Origin: a virus
Lineage: Duplodnaviria; Heunggongvirae; Uroviricota; Caudoviricetes
Length of the DNA stretch: 64,000 nt
Virus record (IMG/VR): IMGVR_UViG_2518285548_000002
Coordinates: 1 to 64,000 of that record
Reading direction: 5' to 3' (one strand)
The position numbers and the translations under genes are program-made. Below, piece by piece: positions 48,501 to 58,800 of this stretch; positions within the stretch are counted from its first letter, which is position 1; every line of letters starts with the position of its first letter. The notes beneath the pieces were generated by a model, which was given only the letters and a program-made list of their open reading frames with translations, was not told the origin of the DNA and ran no database searches.

Positions 48501-51500
48501 GGTGCGGGTGCAGGAAGCTGTAAGTAGATTCCAGCAAGGTCATAGAGTAGGGGATATGTCTCCTTATCAAACCTTGCGTGAATCCATCCTTGATGCGTCT
48601 TTGTCACTGAGATACATGGTTGAGCAGTTCAGGAAGATTAACTTGGGTGCAACGACTCAATCCAATGTAGCGGAGATGAAGAACAAGCTGACTGAGTACC
48701 GAGGCAGTTCTGCTATCAAGATGGAGTCTCTAAGAACCAAATTTATCGGAAAGCTCAATTCTGAGCAAATGGGGGACTTGGAAGATCATCTTAGTAGCTT
48801 AAAACGTAGGGTAGACTCTCTTGCCAATGCTGACATTATTAACGAGGAAGACATCACAAAAGCTCAGAAGGCTATGAGACAGCTCAACCGCGAGATTGAC
48901 TTGGTTGCAAAGGGATATGACCGAATCCTGAAGGTAAGTGGTATTGAGCGTGAAATCGACAAGCTTAGCGAGAAGATGAACCGTTTGATGGCGGGAAGTC
49001 TGTTGCCAGTTAATAAGATGGCTCGACTTGGTGACCTCATTAACGATTCATACGCTGATCATTCGAAGTTCAAAGACGCGAAAGAGTACTACGCTGACCT
49101 TGTTCGGGAAAGCAGACAGCTTAATGCTAATCAACGCCATGAGAAGTCCCTTCAAGTATCGAAGAACGCTCTTAACAGAGACCTCGAAACGCTTAGAATG
49201 GACAGCCTCGTTGACGAAGGGCAGTTGAGCCGCTTAGCTGAACTCATTGATCGGGCTATTGACCCTCAGGACATTGCTGAAGCCCGTGCTTTCAAATCTG
49301 AGCTTATGGCGATCAACCGTGAGCTAAAGAAGCAAGAGGAGATCAGACGTAAGCGCGGCGAGAAGATTGCAGAGTCTCCGATGTTGAAGGGTGATAAGGT
49401 AGTATTTACTGAGCAGTTGAACTCTGTTCTGAAGACTGTAGATGCCCTCAAAGGGTATGAAATTACTCAGATGAATGTTAATAATGCTACCAATACCTGG
49501 ACGGTTAAACTAAGGGATGCTGAGGGTAATCTCAGAACTCTTACTGGTTCAATCGACAAAGCTACTGGTGAGCTGTTCAAGCACAGTGAAGCATTGCAGA
49601 TGGTTACTCAGAACGCCATGAGAGCTTCCAGTTCCATCGGTTCAACAATCGGTAGGACGGGTGATATCCTCGGAAACTACGTGAGCAATCCTGTCCAGGA
49701 TAAACGTCAGAATGGCGGCGGGATTAGGGGTGGATTTGGTACATCAGTAGTCAATACCATGCGGTACATCACAGCGGGTGCGCTTATGGGGTACCCTACA
49801 ATGCTTCTGCACGAATCCTTCCAGTCTGCTAAGGAGTTTGACTATCAGCTTGCGAAGGCTAGGCAGAATTTCGAGGTTAAGTACCTGGAACCAGTTGGAG
49901 GTAACTACGAAATTACTGATTCCAACGGGGAGAAGGTTACAGCTCCACGAGTTCTTCCTAACATGTCCCGTCTTGGTGAGGTGTTAGTCGATGGGGCTAT
50001 GAAAGAGTTGGAAGATCGCAACGGTGGTAAGCTGACAAAACAGAAGAGAGATGATGAAGTTGCTCTCGCTACAACCGAAGTAAAGGAGTACATGAAAACA
50101 GGGGTTGTAAAAGACCTTCAGATGATTGCCCTCCTAAACGGTCTTGATCAACAGGAGGTGGGTCTTGCTTACCACATCGCTTCCCGTAGGTACGATAACC
50201 CTTACGAAGCTACTGCTTTTGCAAGGGAAGTCGCTAAGGTACGTTCGATTGAGGAAGTTGACGTTGAGAAAACGGCTACGGGCTTTGAAGCCATCTCCTC
50301 GCAGTGGGGTATTAACGGTTATACTCTCCAAAAAGTCTCTAACATGATGATTATGGCGGCTAACATATCTCAAGCGAAGATCGAAGACCTTATTGCTACT
50401 CAACAAAAGGCAGGTTCCCTGTTCCGTAATGCCATGGGTAATAGGAGCAAAGAAGACGCATTGGCACACTCCATTGCCTTCTCGTCCATGTTCGTTCAAG
50501 CGACTGCCCGCTCTGGTACGGAGGGTGGTACGTTCTGGAAAGCTATCATTGAAAAGCCTTATACCAAACAGGGTCGAGATGAGCTTGTGAAAATGGCATC
50601 TATGAATCCTGAGCTGTTCGGAGACCTTAATCCATACAATAAGGACGGCTCCGCTAGGGACTTTGTAGACATCTTCGGAAGTATCCTTGAAACGAGCATG
50701 AAGATGACAGATAAAGACCGTATCGAGATGTGGAAGCCGCTGTTCCCTCAATGGCACACGGGTAGTGCGGCGGCTGTATCTGCATTCACTCAAGACCTTC
50801 AACATACCATGGAGAAGGTAATGCACGTCACAAAAGACGACAAGTTTGATGCCAACAAGGATGGGGAACTAAGCATTAAGGAATCCATAAATGCTTACGT
50901 TGAGAGCATCAAGAATGCAGATGAAGATACCTCCACGTACATCCGTGCAGGAATGATGGATACATGGAAGTTCCGTCAAAGCCAAGTCAAAACAGCATGG
51001 CAAATCTCCACATATGACGCTTGGGAGGAACTAAAAGGGGAGTTCTCTAACCTTGCAACTTACCTTACTTCTTTCTTGCGTATGATCGGTGAAAATGCGG
51101 GAGGTATTGTAGACACCATGGGTCTAATCGCTCGTATTATGGCGGGCGTAGGGGTTAAGATCGCATGGGGCAAGTTCAGTGATGCGGTGGACAATGCAGA
51201 TAAGAAGAAACACGCGAAGAAAATTGAGAGCTACGGTAATGCCATTAATGAGAACGCTCGAATGGAAAATCTTAGACGCATTGGTATCCAAGAAGAGATC
51301 GCTCACCATCAGAACCGTGCGAACGCTAGAAACTCTTACAGAGCTGAGGTTAACACAAAGATCGTGGGTAAGGAGGGAGAAATTCACGGACTGAAAGCCA
51401 AACGCGACGAACACCAATCTCTCTATGAGAAGGCTATTAAGAAAGGTGATACAACAGCCGCTTCTTTCCACTCTGTAGAGCGAGACCATGCGGAAAGTAC

Positions 51501-53742
51501 AGCCAAAGCTAAGGGTAAAGAGATTGAACAGCTTCGTAAGGAGCTTCAACAATTGGACCAGCAGGACGGAAAGACGAGACGTAGTCTTGAAGCCCTGGAC
51601 GCTGAACTTGGTGACAATGGTAGGGCGATGGCTCAACTTCAAAATCGTGCTAGGGCACTGACATTGGCAATGGACGACATGGGAATCGACTCGACACAGC
51701 TGAAGAGTAACCTGAACTTCTTGAACCGTGAGTTCCAAACTGGCACCATAGATGCTTCTCGATATGATGCCGAGATCAAGAAGATCGGTAAGGAAGCAGG
51801 AATGTCGGACGGCGACATCTCGAAGTTGAAGCGAGAAGTTGATAAGCTCAACAAATCCTTCAAGGAAGGTGCCATGGATGCCACAAAATATGTCAGCAAG
51901 ATGAAGGAGCTTGAACGTGCCCACCTTACAGGTTCCCTGGGTGTCCCTGGTGGCGGTGTTGCGAATGTGGGAAGTGCAGGTCACAGCGGTGTCGGTCTCA
52001 TGGATATGGCTATGATGGGTCTCCTAGCCAAGGATTTGATTGGCGGCGGTAAGCGTGGTGTGTTCGGTAAGGTTAAGGACGTGTTCCAAACCAAGAGCCT
52101 GGGTTCACTGTTCAGCAAGAACACGCCTATGCGTGGAGTTAACGGCGAAATACTCCGCGACCTGGATGGCAAGGTCATCAAAGAGCGGGCTGTTAACGCT
52201 GAACGTGCCGCAAGAGCAGGGGCGGCAGGTGCAGGGGAAGCAGGGGCGGCGGCAAGAGCAGGTAAAGGTCTTCTCGGTGGAATCACCAAGGCAGGTAAGA
52301 CTGTAGGGAAGTTTGGCAAGTTGCTACGACCACTGAAGGCGATTCCGTACCTCGGAACAGCACTTGCGGGGGCAGATGCACTAATGGCTCTTATTGACCC
52401 TCTTACTGCAATGGGAATGACCGACCATGAGAAGAAGGCAATCAGGTCAGAGAACAAGAAGGAGCTTGCTAAGGACTTCAAGGATTGGGAGGAGTCCTCT
52501 GGCTTAGGTGCTTGGTGGAAAGGTGCCAACCTTGCATGGGACGGTGTATTTAGTGGAATCGGAGCCGCGCTCGGTGGTAATAACTCTTCGTGGAGTGACT
52601 ACTGGAAAGGGTTCAAGGCAGTAGGTGATGGTGACGGAAAGTACGTAGAGGAAACTCTCAAGAAAGAGTACAACTACGAACAGGAAGCCCTCGATGCTAA
52701 GGTAGAAGCCCAAATGGAGATTAACAAGAAGTTGGAGGAACAAAACAAGTACCATCCACTTGATACCAACAAGGATGGATTACTTGACCCTGCAACTGAC
52801 GGTGCAAACCAAACGATAACATACGAAAGCCTCGATGCGCTTCTTCAGAAAATCAACGGAGAGCTTGCCAAGAGTGTAGGTAACAACGAGACTGACTACC
52901 AAGTAACACGTTCCCGACTTCTTATCAGCGGGGTTCGTGAGGACTCTAAGCAGATGCGTGACCTGATGGAAAACTACCTCAGGGAAAACATCAAGTTCTT
53001 CGACAAAGCCATCAATAAACTCCAAGAGACTTACGATATGATGGCAGATGGTGTAGAAAAGGACAAGGTTGGTGCGGAGCTGAACGATAAGAAGCAACAG
53101 AAAGCCCAATCCGAGCTTCAGTTGACAGGGGTCAAGAATAGTAAGATTGACGAACTTCAACGTAGGATGACTGACCAACTTGACCTTACTCAAATGGGGT
53201 ACGACAAGAGGATGTACGAACTTCTGGCTAGTAACGGCGGGAAGGAAGACGCTCCTGAGGTTGTAAAGCTGAACAAGGAACGTATATCAGCAGTTAATGA
53301 GAAACTTGCGGGTTTCCAAGGTGAGTGGGACGTTCTTCTCAAGACTGGTGGGTTTAAACCTAACTCTGATGAGTACATGACCATTTGGAAGAATCTTCAG
53401 TCCATTGGCGTGGAACAGGCTAAGAACCTAGCTGAGATGAATAAGAAGATGAGCAAGCCACAGTCTACCTTCAACGTTCCGAGTGGTCTCAAGGTAATGG
53501 ACTACTACGATTACATGACTAAGAATAATACTCACAAGAGTACTATAGTCGGTGCAGGTAACGTCACTGTGAATGTGAACATCGACAACATGACAGGCGA
53601 CACCAAGGATGTTGAGAAGATGACTTCTGCGCTTGAGAATACCCTCAAGAAAAACAACAGCAACCAGTACCTTGTGAACCAGTTCGCGGGCAACGTAAAG
53701 GCGAACATGGGTAGTAACTACAAAGGAATCAAAGGAGGCTAA
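45529..53742 (+). CDS. tape measure protein (2737 aa)
   Basis: Very long coiled-coil-rich ORF in tail module. Confidence 0.75.
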   Translation: MRTVIILGETQGQKHSLTTEILMDFGQSVSETGKFAGEVTKLGASFNVLSDAVHKVANDSERMNLAIGDKIARAVAEIKDGSNIKLNANSIKSAVESAIASKLIHGKVNIEGDLSPLSVNLTQKKWSSMTSEVRAKMKEAIEASSIKVGNVKPFVFSEYGFRELQERFNKELQSAISTRMSFAWGSVTKEMKDGTMARVPKPMKFEVKEEDLKHLMNTVSNEFMKHISDPKNIVVGNIQPVQFDSARLNMAVGRIKEAIGDIDKHLLNVNLDELKKLPNLDKSMMNFRTAMETTVAQITQLDAELKGLRLNGQEKELASVLSKIQGLRTTIVDKVGLLITSVGEEIKKVPLGTKEYANYKATLDNVGHIVDRHIQAEINGMVTGLAARLGIDPATGASTKGAGENNKWIASIKGVQELLITSAESAVKNLAHADLGIDFNLIINHFREWSSQMRAKMLLDSQHSLEKLTAQLTASNKEVLDSFSQAITRVAKFQFEPTAVGNVMVNLPVDQLRPRVLAEIEKVVKEMVQGFKAVPHGAAGTVDTVTLPESTTSSINTALKGILMAQSEQLLAQLRAGEGVKPSASDLAQLDAVMAQESKELIKLIVDQASKNARTLAEGISANGFQSFTKDDQARIKKEMEMTLQKTVTEFTKAVDSAFGAFTMTVATAQSMHSKLSEELNRKIATSNITFLDAKEPLVLTGAVTTIQKKLHEAVLSNIAAWKPDSIPLHIATDAPATAMRNAIQSMLNMASSKVVEGVGGIADGANAIFLNPKKLHKDVRRALATAEGFDKVADWEKAFKAGVSLEKATGQIMEEGVRTVLNKFHNAIAKNTSSAISAYSEALGKVDVQPDLTSVHVLVRRVGEMMDNVQFRMVEVLTKNLESFYKGAIDGIKNLPHITSSIGYRPPAGGSLELTSQPFPFGEPRANLPVDTRYPTADKPPKGYSEFDMMNRWEREARIRVLNTKNRFEKSNLSEDQRSRLHDFLDNDYMVRVQEAVSRFQQGHRVGDMSPYQTLRESILDASLSLRYMVEQFRKINLGATTQSNVAEMKNKLTEYRGSSAIKMESLRTKFIGKLNSEQMGDLEDHLSSLKRRVDSLANADIINEEDITKAQKAMRQLNREIDLVAKGYDRILKVSGIEREIDKLSEKMNRLMAGSLLPVNKMARLGDLINDSYADHSKFKDAKEYYADLVRESRQLNANQRHEKSLQVSKNALNRDLETLRMDSLVDEGQLSRLAELIDRAIDPQDIAEARAFKSELMAINRELKKQEEIRRKRGEKIAESPMLKGDKVVFTEQLNSVLKTVDALKGYEITQMNVNNATNTWTVKLRDAEGNLRTLTGSIDKATGELFKHSEALQMVTQNAMRASSSIGSTIGRTGDILGNYVSNPVQDKRQNGGGIRGGFGTSVVNTMRYITAGALMGYPTMLLHESFQSAKEFDYQLAKARQNFEVKYLEPVGGNYEITDSNGEKVTAPRVLPNMSRLGEVLVDGAMKELEDRNGGKLTKQKRDDEVALATTEVKEYMKTGVVKDLQMIALLNGLDQQEVGLAYHIASRRYDNPYEATAFAREVAKVRSIEEVDVEKTATGFEAISSQWGINGYTLQKVSNMMIMAANISQAKIEDLIATQQKAGSLFRNAMGNRSKEDALAHSIAFSSMFVQATARSGTEGGTFWKAIIEKPYTKQGRDELVKMASMNPELFGDLNPYNKDGSARDFVDIFGSILETSMKMTDKDRIEMWKPLFPQWHTGSAAAVSAFTQDLQHTMEKVMHVTKDDKFDANKDGELSIKESINAYVESIKNADEDTSTYIRAGMMDTWKFRQSQVKTAWQISTYDAWEELKGEFSNLATYLTSFLRMIGENAGGIVDTMGLIARIMAGVGVKIAWGKFSDAVDNADKKKHAKKIESYGNAINENARMENLRRIGIQEEIAHHQNRANARNSYRAEVNTKIVGKEGEIHGLKAKRDEHQSLYEKAIKKGDTTAASFHSVERDHAESTAKAKGKEIEQLRKELQQLDQQDGKTRRSLEALDAELGDNGRAMAQLQNRARALTLAMDDMGIDSTQLKSNLNFLNREFQTGTIDASRYDAEIKKIGKEAGMSDGDISKLKREVDKLNKSFKEGAMDATKYVSKMKELERAHLTGSLGVPGGGVANVGSAGHSGVGLMDMAMMGLLAKDLIGGGKRGVFGKVKDVFQTKSLGSLFSKNTPMRGVNGEILRDLDGKVIKERAVNAERAARAGAAGAGEAGAAARAGKGLLGGITKAGKTVGKFGKLLRPLKAIPYLGTALAGADALMALIDPLTAMGMTDHEKKAIRSENKKELAKDFKDWEESSGLGAWWKGANLAWDGVFSGIGAALGGNNSSWSDYWKGFKAVGDGDGKYVEETLKKEYNYEQEALDAKVEAQMEINKKLEEQNKYHPLDTNKDGLLDPATDGANQTITYESLDALLQKINGELAKSVGNNETDYQVTRSRLLISGVREDSKQMRDLMENYLRENIKFFDKAINKLQETYDMMADGVEKDKVGAELNDKKQQKAQSELQLTGVKNSKIDELQRRMTDQLDLTQMGYDKRMYELLASNGGKEDAPEVVKLNKERISAVNEKLAGFQGEWDVLLKTGGFKPNSDEYMTIWKNLQSIGVEQAKNLAEMNKKMSKPQSTFNVPSGLKVMDYYDYMTKNNTHKSTIVGAGNVTVNVNIDNMTGDTKDVEKMTSALENTLKKNNSNQYLVNQFAGNVKANMGSNYKGIKGG

Positions 53743-53747
53743 AGAAT

Positions 53748-54398
53748 ATGTCCCAACGTGACCCGTTTGGTTCACCCAATGATAAGTACAAGCGTAAACT
53801 GTTCGTTGACACTGGGGCGGGATTCGTGGAGGTAAAGGCTCGTATCATCGAGCCTTACTCCTCCCCATCCCCACAACCGCAGGTTAAGGAAATTAAGATA
53901 ATAAATGCTCCATCACACTTCCATCAGATGGGGGTCTCATCTTATAAAGCCATCCTGAACATGTTATTTAAGGACAAGGAAGCATACCATGACTACGCTA
54001 TGTTCGTAGGTTGGACTCATAAGTACTACGATGAGAAGGGGAACATATATCACGGGGTGGTTGAATCAATTAAGATTGACCCTGTGTTCTATCATCAAAG
54101 AGACCCTAACATAGATCAAAAGGGTTACAAGGTAGAACTTACAATGACCCTGATTAAGAAGGATGGGTATGATGCCAAGAGCGTCATGCAGTACCAGGAT
54201 TTACAGACAACAGAAGGTAAACCTCACTGGGCGAAGGGGGCTGTGGATGAGATGGCAAACCTTGGACTTATCGTAGTCACTGAGCTTGATGGTACACCTA
54301 TTCTATACTTCAGACCAGAGGATTATATCACGAGAGCTGAGTTCGTAACGTTCCTTATGAGAACAAAGAGATTACTAGAGCGAATCATCAGGGAGTAG
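53748..54398 (+). CDS. tail protein with C-terminal SLH-like motif
   Basis: HWAKGAVDEMANLG...DGTPILYFRPEDYITRAEFVTFLMR. Confidence 0.55.
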   Translation: MSQRDPFGSPNDKYKRKLFVDTGAGFVEVKARIIEPYSSPSPQPQVKEIKIINAPSHFHQMGVSSYKAILNMLFKDKEAYHDYAMFVGWTHKYYDEKGNIYHGVVESIKIDPVFYHQRDPNIDQKGYKVELTMTLIKKDGYDAKSVMQYQDLQTTEGKPHWAKGAVDEMANLGLIVVTELDGTPILYFRPEDYITRAEFVTFLMRTKRLLERIIRE

Positions 54399-54447
54399 GG
54401 CGACCTACTCCTTTTTCTGTCTATCCTAAAGTGAGGAGGTGTTTTCA

Positions 54448-55845
54448 TTGCGAAAGTGGGTAGATGTTAACGAAGGTGACTGGTTCTACAACGACATTAT
54501 GGAAGCCACTAACCTATATCTCGAAGACGGGGAACCGCTTGTAGCAGGTATTAATTACAATCAGTTCGCCGAGGGTAAGCCATTCCTTTTTGAGGAGATC
54601 AAAGCTGTCAAAGATCAGAAAGTCTTTAAACTTTCTGTCAAGATCGAGCCTACAGACGGTAATCCTTTGTATGTCTTTATTGACGGTGTTCAGACCATAT
54701 ACAAGATCGCAAAGACTAACACATCAGGTAAAACAGATGTTGAGTTGTTTGTGGGATGCAAGGATGGGCAGATCGTGGCTTTCTGTAGCTACGGAGCACC
54801 ACTACTAGACCCTGATTGGAAACGACCGCCCAAGAGTTGGTTAGGCGATCTTCCAAGAACAGTAATTCCTAAAAACGACCTGTATTTCTACGACCCTTAC
54901 AGCCGAAGCCACCAAGAGTATCTTTATGCTGGAGGGCAACCTCTAAAGAGACTAAGTATTCCAAAAGAGGTTTGGGCAAACACAATGGGTGATGTATCAA
55001 AGGTAACTGAAATTGCAACTAAAGCAATCGGGTACCGAACGGATGTTTACTGTGTAAGCCCAGGAGGTTCATTATTTCTACCATTTAACCTGAACGGGGT
55101 TACTTGCAAGTTCAATTACTGGATTGTAGAGAATGGTGCTTACAAGTTGATGAGTCAGAATGTAAAGGCGGTATCAACCAACCCTTCATATAATAACCGA
55201 TTCTTTCCTAATGCGGTCATTACAAGAGGAGAAGCCTTCCATCTCATCAACAAACTAAGGAAGATTTTCTATTCTCGCTTCACTGATATAGACGCACCTA
55301 CCAATGGAGTTAAGCAGACGGTAATAGCGTACCAAGGTCAGCGTGTAATCCGTATCAACGGAAACTACCCTGCGGGGGCGAAGAACCTGATAGTTAAGCT
55401 AAATGGGTCGAAGCGTGAGGTTGACAAGCACTACAAGGAGATTGATAACCACACTATCGTATTTAACTCCCCATTATTAGATGGGGATAAGGTGTATGTG
55501 GAATACGTTAAGGGTGAGAGCGAACGGTTTGAGGACATCGGAAGACCTTCAGCGTTCTACTATCAAAATAAGAATGAGAGGGTAGATCAAGCCGCTAATG
55601 TTTGGTGGAAGGTGTCCGTATCGGAGATGGAGGATGAGACCTTCTCAAATGGAGACCACCTCATCGAGGGTATACCTATTAAGAAGACCCTAAGTGGAGC
55701 GGCAGTGGTTACCAACATGGGAAGACCTGTTGGTGGAATTCAAACACCCGAAACGTGGTTCTTAGGAGACTCCGCAATGACCCGTGCGGAAGCTGTTACG
55801 TTCCTTAACAGATTTATAAAGTGGACTATCGAGAGATTTAAATAA
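54448..55845 (+). CDS. tail protein with C-terminal SLH-like motif
   Basis: TWFLGDSAMTRAEAVTFLNRF; TTG start 9 nt after GGAGG. Confidence 0.5.
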   Translation: MRKWVDVNEGDWFYNDIMEATNLYLEDGEPLVAGINYNQFAEGKPFLFEEIKAVKDQKVFKLSVKIEPTDGNPLYVFIDGVQTIYKIAKTNTSGKTDVELFVGCKDGQIVAFCSYGAPLLDPDWKRPPKSWLGDLPRTVIPKNDLYFYDPYSRSHQEYLYAGGQPLKRLSIPKEVWANTMGDVSKVTEIATKAIGYRTDVYCVSPGGSLFLPFNLNGVTCKFNYWIVENGAYKLMSQNVKAVSTNPSYNNRFFPNAVITRGEAFHLINKLRKIFYSRFTDIDAPTNGVKQTVIAYQGQRVIRINGNYPAGAKNLIVKLNGSKREVDKHYKEIDNHTIVFNSPLLDGDKVYVEYVKGESERFEDIGRPSAFYYQNKNERVDQAANVWWKVSVSEMEDETFSNGDHLIEGIPIKKTLSGAAVVTNMGRPVGGIQTPETWFLGDSAMTRAEAVTFLNRFIKWTIERFK

Positions 55846-55858
55846 GGGGGAGAGCAGT

Positions 55859-58800
55859 ATGATTCCAATTTCAGAGGAGGTTTTAAAAGTCCTATCTCAA
55901 CGCTTGAAACTAGGGGAGAGGTCTCTCCCTAATGTAAGGGTGGAGGTGGACAGGCTTGCCTTCATCCCAGGTCGTACTGAGGAGTTCAGGAACATTATTA
56001 ACGACCCTAAACAGGTTACGCAGGTTAAGAAGGTTTGGATTACTGAGTCCACTGACGGGGTTTACGATGGGTCTACTTCTGCGAACGGGCAAGACATCTG
56101 CTTCCCAGTACAAGGTAAAACAATAGACACCATCACGATTACAGATGAGTTCGGAGCGAGCCGTGATGGCGGCAAGAGTCACAGAGGTATTGACCTATGG
56201 GACGATATGGGGAAACCAATCTTAGCGGCGTGGGAAGGTAAGGTAGTAAATATTACTCGTAATAGAACAGAAGGTGCAGGGTACTCTGTAACCATTAAAC
56301 ATGCGGGCGGTGTTATGACAAAATACATGCACCTTAGTGAGATCAATTGCTCCTTGGATGAAATTGTTACCCAAGGTCAGATGATTGGTAAGTTAGGGAA
56401 TACGGGAAATGTTTATACTAACGGGCACAAAGTATCTGAAGCTGAACGTGCTGAGGGTAAAGGTCGTCACCTTCACTTTGAAATCTGGGATGGCGTAAAC
56501 CAGGACTCCAAAACAGGTGAGGGAGGGAAGGCGGTTAATCCGAAAGCATACCTTACGGGACAGAGAAAGATGTACGGTGATACTGTGTCAACTGGAAACG
56601 TAGTGGACGAGGGTTTTGTAACAGGGTTTCCAGGAGAGGTAAAGCTAAGCGAGAACTTCGATAAGAGAAACTGGTACGAGAATGGAGTGTATAGGCTAGG
56701 ATTTAACTTCCATCAAGTTGGTTCGATTCAAACAGGTTGGACTCTATTTGATTCAGGTGGAAAACTGGTATACACCTTTGGACAAAGTTCCACTACTGTT
56801 GAGTTCGAGATTGATGTCTCAAAGATGAGTATGCCTACTGAAGGACTTCTTAGTATTGGGCTAGGTACGAACTTCACGAGTTCAACGGACGGGGATTCGT
56901 TTACAGTCCTTATTGATGGCAAGGCTTTCGCAAATGTCACCGAATTCACTGGTGCCTACGACCTCTCAAAGCTAACAGAGCTGAAGAACATTGTAGTACC
57001 TGCTAATTCCAAGATCATAAAGATTAAAGTCGTTTATGGGGGGAAAATGCAGGAGTTCTATAAAGGGTTCCCTGAGCCTAAGAAGTTAGCGATTGACTAC
57101 ATCCGTATTCAAGAGTTGCTTCCCGCACCTCCGACAAACGATAAATCGGAAGAAGGTCTCGACCCTTCAAAAGGGTACTGGCATGAATTGGAATATAATA
57201 CTTTCATTAATAACGAAATAACTCAAGTGGACTACTTACAAGTTGGTTCGTTCGTATACATGGATACCCAAGTTCTTCCGAATATCATTAATGTTGAAGT
57301 TGACAATCAGTACGAAGCAGAAGCAATGGAAGCGAGAATTTCAATCTCAAATCCAAGAGGTTATTTCTCCCCTGATTACAACCCTGCTTACTTTCCAGAG
57401 ATGGTCGGAATCACCTCACCGTGGTCGTACTTCGTCAACGGTTTCCATATCGGGGTGCTTAGCGAGAACACACCAATCAGAATTTACATGGGTTACGGAC
57501 TGCACCTAATGAGGGTATTCACTGGACTCATTGATAAGGTGGATATGACAGGTGAGGGTTCAATATTGGACATCTCTGCTAGAGACATGTACAAGAAAAT
57601 AATCGAGAAAGTAATTAGCGAGAAGAAGGCTTACCCTGACGTAGGGCATGTAGACAATGTTCCCGACCCTGTTCCTCCATCAGGAGGTGGAGGTCGTCTG
57701 AACGAGATCATCTTAGCGGCTCAGACTCAAGCGGCGGCTTACGGAGTTCCCGATCACAAGTTTCTACTTGCTATCTGTAAGCATGAGACAGCCCTTGGTA
57801 CGGCGGGCATGGGTACAGAAGCTAATGGTAGCTTCGTCTTGGGATACGGGTGTGTTAGAGATGGATACTGCCATCCTCAATATAAAGGTGTACAAGAGCA
57901 GATGAAGCGCGGAGCCGAGCGTATGTCGAAAGCATTAGCATCCCGTGGTAAGAAGGTAGCAACTAAGGCAGATGTGTTGTACTTCCATGGTGGCGGCGAC
58001 ATTGCTCCGATGGTTTGGTCAGGAGACCGAGATAACTGGGTTAATAGAGTTTGGACTTATTATCAGGAGATGCTAGCTAACCCAAGCAACTGGGAGAGAA
58101 CTGCTTCGACTCCTTCTGCACCACCTGCCGCTAAACAACCTATGGACTTAGAGAAACCTGCATGGGTAAAGTCTACGGTCATCCTTGATCTTGTAAAACA
58201 TGCAGGTATGGTCGGGTGGCGGGCAACAAGCGAAGACTTAGCCTACCCTGACTATGTAATTGACGAGACATACCTTATCGAAGTAAATCAGAAGACTGGT
58301 AGGGTTATTGTCCCTGTCCCTGGTCAAGAAGGAGAGTTTGAAGTCAAGGTTGCAAGCACTATCCTTACACCTAACGGATGGAAGAATCCTTTTGTAGAGG
58401 AATATGGAAGGACGTTTGAAAAGTATTCTACAAAGGTAGCTGAAGCCCTCTCTGAAGTCATAGGTGATCTCGCTTATAGGAGCTATTGCGACAGGTACGG
58501 AACCTACAGGTTTGAGCGAATTAACTACAATAAGCCAGTTGTTGCAGAGTTCACAGAGCATGAGAACCTAATCTCTATCAATAAATCCCTTGACTGGTCT
58601 CGGGGAAGAAGTCACGTAGCAGTCATCGACTCGGACGGAAACCACGGAAACTTCATTGATAAGGAGATTCTGCTTGAGTTGAAGGGGGAGATCAGAACGA
58701 TGGTCGCTCCTGTGGCATGGGCTAAGACTATTGAAGCAAAGAAGGCTGTTGCAGAAAAGGCATTCTTCGATATGAAGCGATTGTGCCGAACTCTTCAAGT

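Noticed and set aside
45661-53384. Numerous 60-290-aa minus ORFs inside the tape measure gene
   Set aside because: Antisense frames of a long, compositionally biased gene.
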